Assembly (NCBI GenBank): GCA_040219675.1
Contig: JAVJRZ010000012.1
Coordinates: 1,138 to 65,137 of the forward strand
DNA length: 64,000 nt
From: Phycisphaerales bacterium
GTDB lineage: Bacteria; Planctomycetota; Phycisphaerae; Phycisphaerales; UBA1924
Direction: 5' to 3'
Both the position numbers and the translations under genes were made by a program. A model generated the notes under the pieces. It had not been told where the DNA came from and ran no database searches. It saw only the letters and a program-made list of their open reading frames with translations. This document shows, in pieces, positions 59,790 through 64,000 of the stretch (positions within the stretch are counted from its first letter, which is position 1; every line of letters begins with the position of its first letter).

Positions 59790-60463
59790 AGCAAGCAACA
59801 GCCCTCACCATCGCCGCCGCCCTGGCCATCTCTTCGGCCATCCCCGCTACCGCGCAGCTCGCCCGGCAACCCAACCCCGCGCCCACCACCGACGATCCCG
59901 CCGAACCGCTCTACGGCATCTCCCTCTTCGCCGTGCGCCCGCCCGAGCCGCGGACCTTCCAGCGCCACGACCTCATCTCCATCATCGTCAACGAGAGCTC
60001 CACCCAGGAAAGCGAGCAAACCCTCGAAACCACCAAGGAAGCCGAAGGCTCCGCCAACCTGGGCGCCACGCTGAGCATCGAAGAGCTGCTCAACCTCCGC
60101 CTGGAGAACAGCAGCATCAGCGACCTCGAGCTCCTCCGATACGCCGCCGAACGCGAGTTCTCCGGCGAGGGCGAGTACGAGCGCACCGATCGCATCACCG
60201 ACCGCCTCACCGCCACCGTCATCGACGTCAAGCCCAACGGCGTCCTCGTCCTCGAGGCCCGCCGCTTCACCGCCACCGACGAGGAAACCAAGACCCTCAT
60301 CCTCAGCGGCATGTGCCGCACCGAAGACGTCACCGAGCAGAACACCATCCAGAGCAACCAACTCGCCGACCTGCGCATCGTCGTCGAGCACACCGGCGAC
60401 GTGAACCGGGCCGCAACCAAGGGCCCCCTCACCCGCTTCGTCGAGTGGATCCTGCCCTTCTAA
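59786..60463 (+). CDS. flgH: Flagellar L-ring protein FlgH
   Basis: LTATVIDVKPNGVLVLEARR...ILSGMCRTEDV...NQLADLRI. ATGA overlap with flgA. There is no Cys in the signal peptide. Confidence 0.88.
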   Translation: MKQATALTIAAALAISSAIPATAQLARQPNPAPTTDDPAEPLYGISLFAVRPPEPRTFQRHDLISIIVNESSTQESEQTLETTKEAEGSANLGATLSIEELLNLRLENSSISDLELLRYAAEREFSGEGEYERTDRITDRLTATVIDVKPNGVLVLEARRFTATDEETKTLILSGMCRTEDVTEQNTIQSNQLADLRIVVEHTGDVNRAATKGPLTRFVEWILPF

Positions 60464-60491
60464 CCAACGCCCAAGCACGCGCGCAAACACC

Positions 60492-61622
60492 ATGCGATAC
60501 ACCACCCTTGCCATCCTCGCCCTGCTCGTCACCGCCGCGCACACCCTCGCGCAGCTCGAGTCGCCCGGCGTGCGCACCCTCCAGCGCCGAGCCGAGCTCG
60601 ACATCCGAGAGATGGTCGAGTTCGCCAACGCCACCACCGCAAGGCTCGTGGGCATCGGCCTGGTCACCGGCCTGAACGGCACCGGAGACGAGGCCGGCCT
60701 GAGCGCCACCACCGAGCCGCTCATCGCCGCCCTGCGAAACCAGGGCATCCCCGTCAGCGATCCCGCGCAGCTCGAGCAGTCCCGCAGCGCCGCCCTCGTC
60801 TGGATCACCGCCGAGATCCCCAACACCGGCGGCCGCGTCGGAGATCGCTTTGATGTCGCATTGACACCCGCTCTGGGCGCCTCCAGCCTCGAGGGCGGCC
60901 GCCTGCTCATCTCCGCCATCCGAGGCCACCTGCCCGCAGACCCCGTCGTCGCCTTCGCCGACGGCGCCATCGTCATCGACGATCCCGCGGCGCCCCAGAC
61001 CGGCCGTGTCCCCTCGGGCCTCGAACTCGTTTCCGACATCATCACCTACGACGTCGGCCCGGTCTTCGACCTGAAGGTCCGCGCTCGCTACGCCGGCCAC
61101 GCCGCCACCGACCTCATCGCCTCCACGCTCAACGAATCGTACTACAACACCGACCAGCCCGACCTCCCACCCATCGCCCAGCCCATCGACGACCGCATCG
61201 TCCGCATCACGGTGCCCGAAGCCGACCAGGGCGCCCTGGTCTCCTTCGTCAAGTTCATCCTCTCGCGCCGCGTGCGAGACCCCGCGCTGCTCAACCTGCC
61301 CGCCCGCGTCATCGTCAACCGGCGTACGGGCGCCATCGTCGCCACCGCCGACGTCGACATCAGCCCCGTGGGCGTCTCGCACGAACGCCTCCAGTTCACC
61401 GTCACCCAGCCGCCCATCCCAGCCACCCCAGAAAACCCGCTCACCACGCAGGAGCGCTGGGCCGACGTCGCCTCATCCATCTCCGCCAACGAGCAGGCCA
61501 AGCTCACCGACCTGCTCGCCGCACTCCGCGCCCTGGACGTCCCCGTCCGAGACCAGATCGACCTGCTCGCCATGATGCACAAGACCGGCTCGCTCCACGC
61601 CGAGTTCATCGAAGAGCAGTAA
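60492..61622 (+). CDS. flgI: Flagellar P-ring protein FlgI
   Basis: LVGIGLVTGLNGTGD ... VIVNRRTGAIV ... LDVPVRDQIDLLAMMHKTGSLHAEF. Confidence 0.93.
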   Translation: MRYTTLAILALLVTAAHTLAQLESPGVRTLQRRAELDIREMVEFANATTARLVGIGLVTGLNGTGDEAGLSATTEPLIAALRNQGIPVSDPAQLEQSRSAALVWITAEIPNTGGRVGDRFDVALTPALGASSLEGGRLLISAIRGHLPADPVVAFADGAIVIDDPAAPQTGRVPSGLELVSDIITYDVGPVFDLKVRARYAGHAATDLIASTLNESYYNTDQPDLPPIAQPIDDRIVRITVPEADQGALVSFVKFILSRRVRDPALLNLPARVIVNRRTGAIVATADVDISPVGVSHERLQFTVTQPPIPATPENPLTTQERWADVASSISANEQAKLTDLLAALRALDVPVRDQIDLLAMMHKTGSLHAEFIEEQ

Positions 61623-61642
61623 GCACCCCCAGCCAACCACAC

Positions 61643-62074
61643 ATGAACCTCGCACCACCAACAACCCAAGCGCCCCCGCCCAGCGCCATGATCGAGCGCC
61701 AGCGCGACTTCGCCGCCGTCATCGCGCGAGACCAGGCCGGCGCGAACGCCGCCAACGCGCCAAGGCAGGCCGCCGAAGACTTCGTCTCCATGGCCTTCGT
61801 CCAGCCCCTGCTCGCCCAGCTCCGCGAAAACAACGACGCAGCCCCGCCCTTCGCGCCAGGCCCCGCCGAGCGCCAGTTCGGCGAGATCATGGACCAGGTC
61901 CTCAGCAAGCAGATCGTCCGCGCCTCCAGCTTCCCCCTGGTCGACCGCATCGAGCAGGACCTCGCGCAGCGATCCCAGGCCCTCCAGGCCCTGCGCGCAC
62001 GCGCCACCGCGGCATCAGCGGCATCGCCGGCATCACCAGCGACAACCGCCTTCGACCAAGGACGCCTCGCATGA
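61643..62074 (+). CDS. flgJ: Rod-binding protein (FlgJ N-terminal domain only, no muramidase)
   Basis: Rod_binding-like MAFVQPLLAQLRE...FGEIMDQVLSKQI. At 143 aa it is too short to include a hydrolase domain. Confidence 0.7.
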   Translation: MNLAPPTTQAPPPSAMIERQRDFAAVIARDQAGANAANAPRQAAEDFVSMAFVQPLLAQLRENNDAAPPFAPGPAERQFGEIMDQVLSKQIVRASSFPLVDRIEQDLAQRSQALQALRARATAASAASPASPATTAFDQGRLA

Positions 62075-62598
62075 ACAAGCCCACGCCCAAGAACCCTGCC
62101 GCCGCCGCCAGCACCCTGATCGAAGCCATCCGCGCCATCGCTCAAGCCAACCAACAACTGGCCATCCTCGCCGGAGAGCAACGCCAGGCCATCGCGCGCA
62201 TGGCCGCCGATCGCGTCCAGGCCGTGACCGAACAGCAACGCCAGGTCGGCCGCGAACTCGCCCAGGCCGAAGAAGACCGCCGCGCCCACGCCGCCGCCCT
62301 CGCCGCAGCGCTCGCCCTGCCCAAGTCAGCCTCGATCCAGGACCTCGCCAAGGCCCTCGGCCGCTTCGACGCCCAACTCGCACAAGACCTGACCAACGCC
62401 GCCAAGGCCGCGCGCACCGCCATCCTCGCCTGCCAGGGCCAGCAGCGCGTCGTCCACGCCGCCGCCAACGGCATCGTCGCCCACATCGACGGCCTCGCCC
62501 GCCAGGTCATGGCCAAGCTCAACAGCGCCGGCATCTACGCCGCTACCGGCGCGCTCAACACCGCACAAACCACCCGGGGCGTCGACCTTGTCTCCTGA
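62071..62598 (+). CDS. flgN: FlgN-family flagellar export chaperone
   Basis: Helical, Q/A-rich sequence with a FlgN-like pattern (LIEAIRAIAQANQQLAILAGEQRQAI). It sits directly before flgK. ATGA overlap with the upstream gene. Confidence 0.6.
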   Translation: MNKPTPKNPAAAASTLIEAIRAIAQANQQLAILAGEQRQAIARMAADRVQAVTEQQRQVGRELAQAEEDRRAHAAALAAALALPKSASIQDLAKALGRFDAQLAQDLTNAAKAARTAILACQGQQRVVHAAANGIVAHIDGLARQVMAKLNSAGIYAATGALNTAQTTRGVDLVS

Positions 62599-62625
62599 GC
62601 GAGCACACCACCAAAGGAGCATGCC

Positions 62626-64000
62626 ATGGGACTGACCAGCGCCCTACGCATCGGCCAGAGCGCCCTGACCGCCAGCCAGCTCGGCGTCCAGGTCACCGGC
62701 AACAACATGGCCAACGTCGCCACGCCCGGCTACGCGCGCCGCTCGCTGCTCCTCAGCCCGCTCGAGAGCGCCGACCCCAACGCGCGCTTCCAGCCCGGCA
62801 ACGGCGTCGGCCCCGAGTCCCTCTCCCGCGTCATCGACGAGGCCGTCGTCGCGCGCCTCCGAGGCCAGATCGCCCGCGAACGCGAGACCAACCAGACACT
62901 CCAGTCCCTCAGCGCGCTCGAGGCCGCGCTCGGCGAGCTCTCCGAGACCGGCCTCACCAGCCAGCTCACCAGCTTCTTCGGCGCCTGGAGCGATCGCTCC
63001 ACCCTCGTCGCCAACGACGGCGTCGTCGTCCAGCAGGCACAGACGCTCGTCAGCTCCGTCAAGCGCATACGCGACGATCTCGTCCAGCAGAAGGTCCAGA
63101 CCGAGGCCCTCCTGGACGACCTCGTCCCCCGCGTCGACGACCTGCTCACCCAGGTCGCCTCCATCAACCAGAACGTCGCGCGCGCCAAGGTCGCCGGCGG
63201 AGACACCGCCAGCCTGCAAGACCAGCGCGACCGCGTCCTCGACGAGCTCGCCGCCCTCATCGACATCGACACCGTCACCAGAGAGTCCGGCGCCACCGAC
63301 GTCTACGTCGGCAGCACGCCACTCGTCCTCGCCGGCCAGAGCCGCGGCATCGAGCTCCGCCGCCAGTCCGTCGAAGGCCAGGTCGAGATCACCCTCCGCG
63401 CCCGTGCCGACGGCTCGCAGCTCCCCGTGCGCTCGGGCCAGGTCGGCGCACTCCTCGAAGCGCGCGACAACGCCGTGGGCGACACCATCGAACAGCTCGA
63501 CCGCCTCGCCGCCGAGCTCATCTACCAGACCAATAAGATCCACGCCACCGCCACCGGCCCCGACGGCCTGCGCCGCGCCACAAGCCAGCTCCGCATGCCG
63601 CCCGAAGACCGGCTGCTGCCCATCAACGGCCCCACCAACCCCAGCACCGCAGACCTGCCCTTCGAGATCGCCAACGGCTCCTTCCTCGTCCACGTGCAAA
63701 CCCCCGGCGCATCAACCACCGAGGCCACCCGCATCACCGTCGACCTCGACAGCCTCGCCGACGACGGCTCTTCCTCCACCATCGACGACGCCTCGCTCGA
63801 ATCCATCCGCCTCGCGCTCGACAGCGTCCCGGGCCTCAACGCCACCTTCACCCCCGACGGCCGCCTCCAGGTCGACGGCGAGAACGGCGCCACCTTCTCC
63901 TTCAGCGAAGACTCCAGCGGCCTGCTCGGCGCCATCGGCATGAACGCCTTCTTCCAGGGAACCAACGCCGAAGATATCGCCGTCCGCACCGACATCGCCC
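62626..64000 (+). CDS. flgK: Flagellar hook-associated protein 1 FlgK (3' partial, runs off the window)
   Basis: My own translation from ATG 62626 (RBS AAAGGAG) gives MGLTSALRIGQSALTASQLGVQVTGNNMANVATPGYARRS. The frame stays open to base 64000. It is absent from the ORF track because there is no stop within the window. Confidence 0.88.
   Translation, partial: MGLTSALRIGQSALTASQLGVQVTGNNMANVATPGYARRSLLLSPLESADPNARFQPGNGVGPESLSRVIDEAVVARLRGQIARERETNQTLQSLSALEAALGELSETGLTSQLTSFFGAWSDRSTLVANDGVVVQQAQTLVSSVKRIRDDLVQQKVQTEALLDDLVPRVDDLLTQVASINQNVARAKVAGGDTASLQDQRDRVLDELAALIDIDTVTRESGATDVYVGSTPLVLAGQSRGIELRRQSVEGQVEITLRARADGSQLPVRSGQVGALLEARDNAVGDTIEQLDRLAAELIYQTNKIHATATGPDGLRRATSQLRMPPEDRLLPINGPTNPSTADLPFEIANGSFLVHVQTPGASTTEATRITVDLDSLADDGSSSTIDDASLESIRLALDSVPGLNATFTPDGRLQVDGENGATFSFSEDSSGLLGAIGMNAFFQGTNAEDIAVRTDIA

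Overview
High-GC bacterial chromosomal segment, densely coding on both strands. I call about 58 protein genes and 2 tRNAs. I see no rRNA, CRISPR array, transposase or integrase. The gene content suggests a Planctomycetota (Phycisphaerae-like) genome, but this is inference only. The supporting clues are PAP-variant PEP-CTERM tails, a DUF1570 HExxH protein, a tricorn-like S41 protease, FHA and zinc-ribbon proteins, Kdo and flagellar genes, and many 4-nt start/stop overlaps.

Most of the window is housekeeping: ftsK, accBC, purA, uppS, hemW, def-fmt, kdsB-pyrG, panC, gcvT, crcB and hmgA. It ends in a flagellar rod/ring cluster, flgF-G-A-H-I-J-N-K, with flgK truncated at the window edge.

The parts most worth a second look:
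1. A co-directional cluster that opens with an FHA-domain::GspE/PilB secretion-ATPase fusion. It is followed by a membrane HAMP-PP2C (SpoIIE) phosphatase, a SAM methyltransferase and an alpha/beta hydrolase.
2. An FtsK with a roughly 200-aa polyacidic tail placed after the gamma domain.
3. A nearly identical TTGGCACGCC-NN-TTGAG (sigma-54-like) motif upstream of both flagellar transcription units, together with an unannotated 73-codon ORF abutting flgF.
4. A translationally coupled anmK-murQ-SSS symporter-nagZ peptidoglycan-recycling operon.
5. A visibly lower-GC pair of divergent sulfotransferase genes, in the same strand run as a methyltransferase, a stand-alone nuoH and a bPH membrane protein.

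Many very long ORFs in the six-frame track are antisense shadows typical of high-GC DNA, and I rejected them. Start codons are often ambiguous because the track reports the longest ATG/GTG/TTG ORF. Where I chose an internal start, the evidence field says why.
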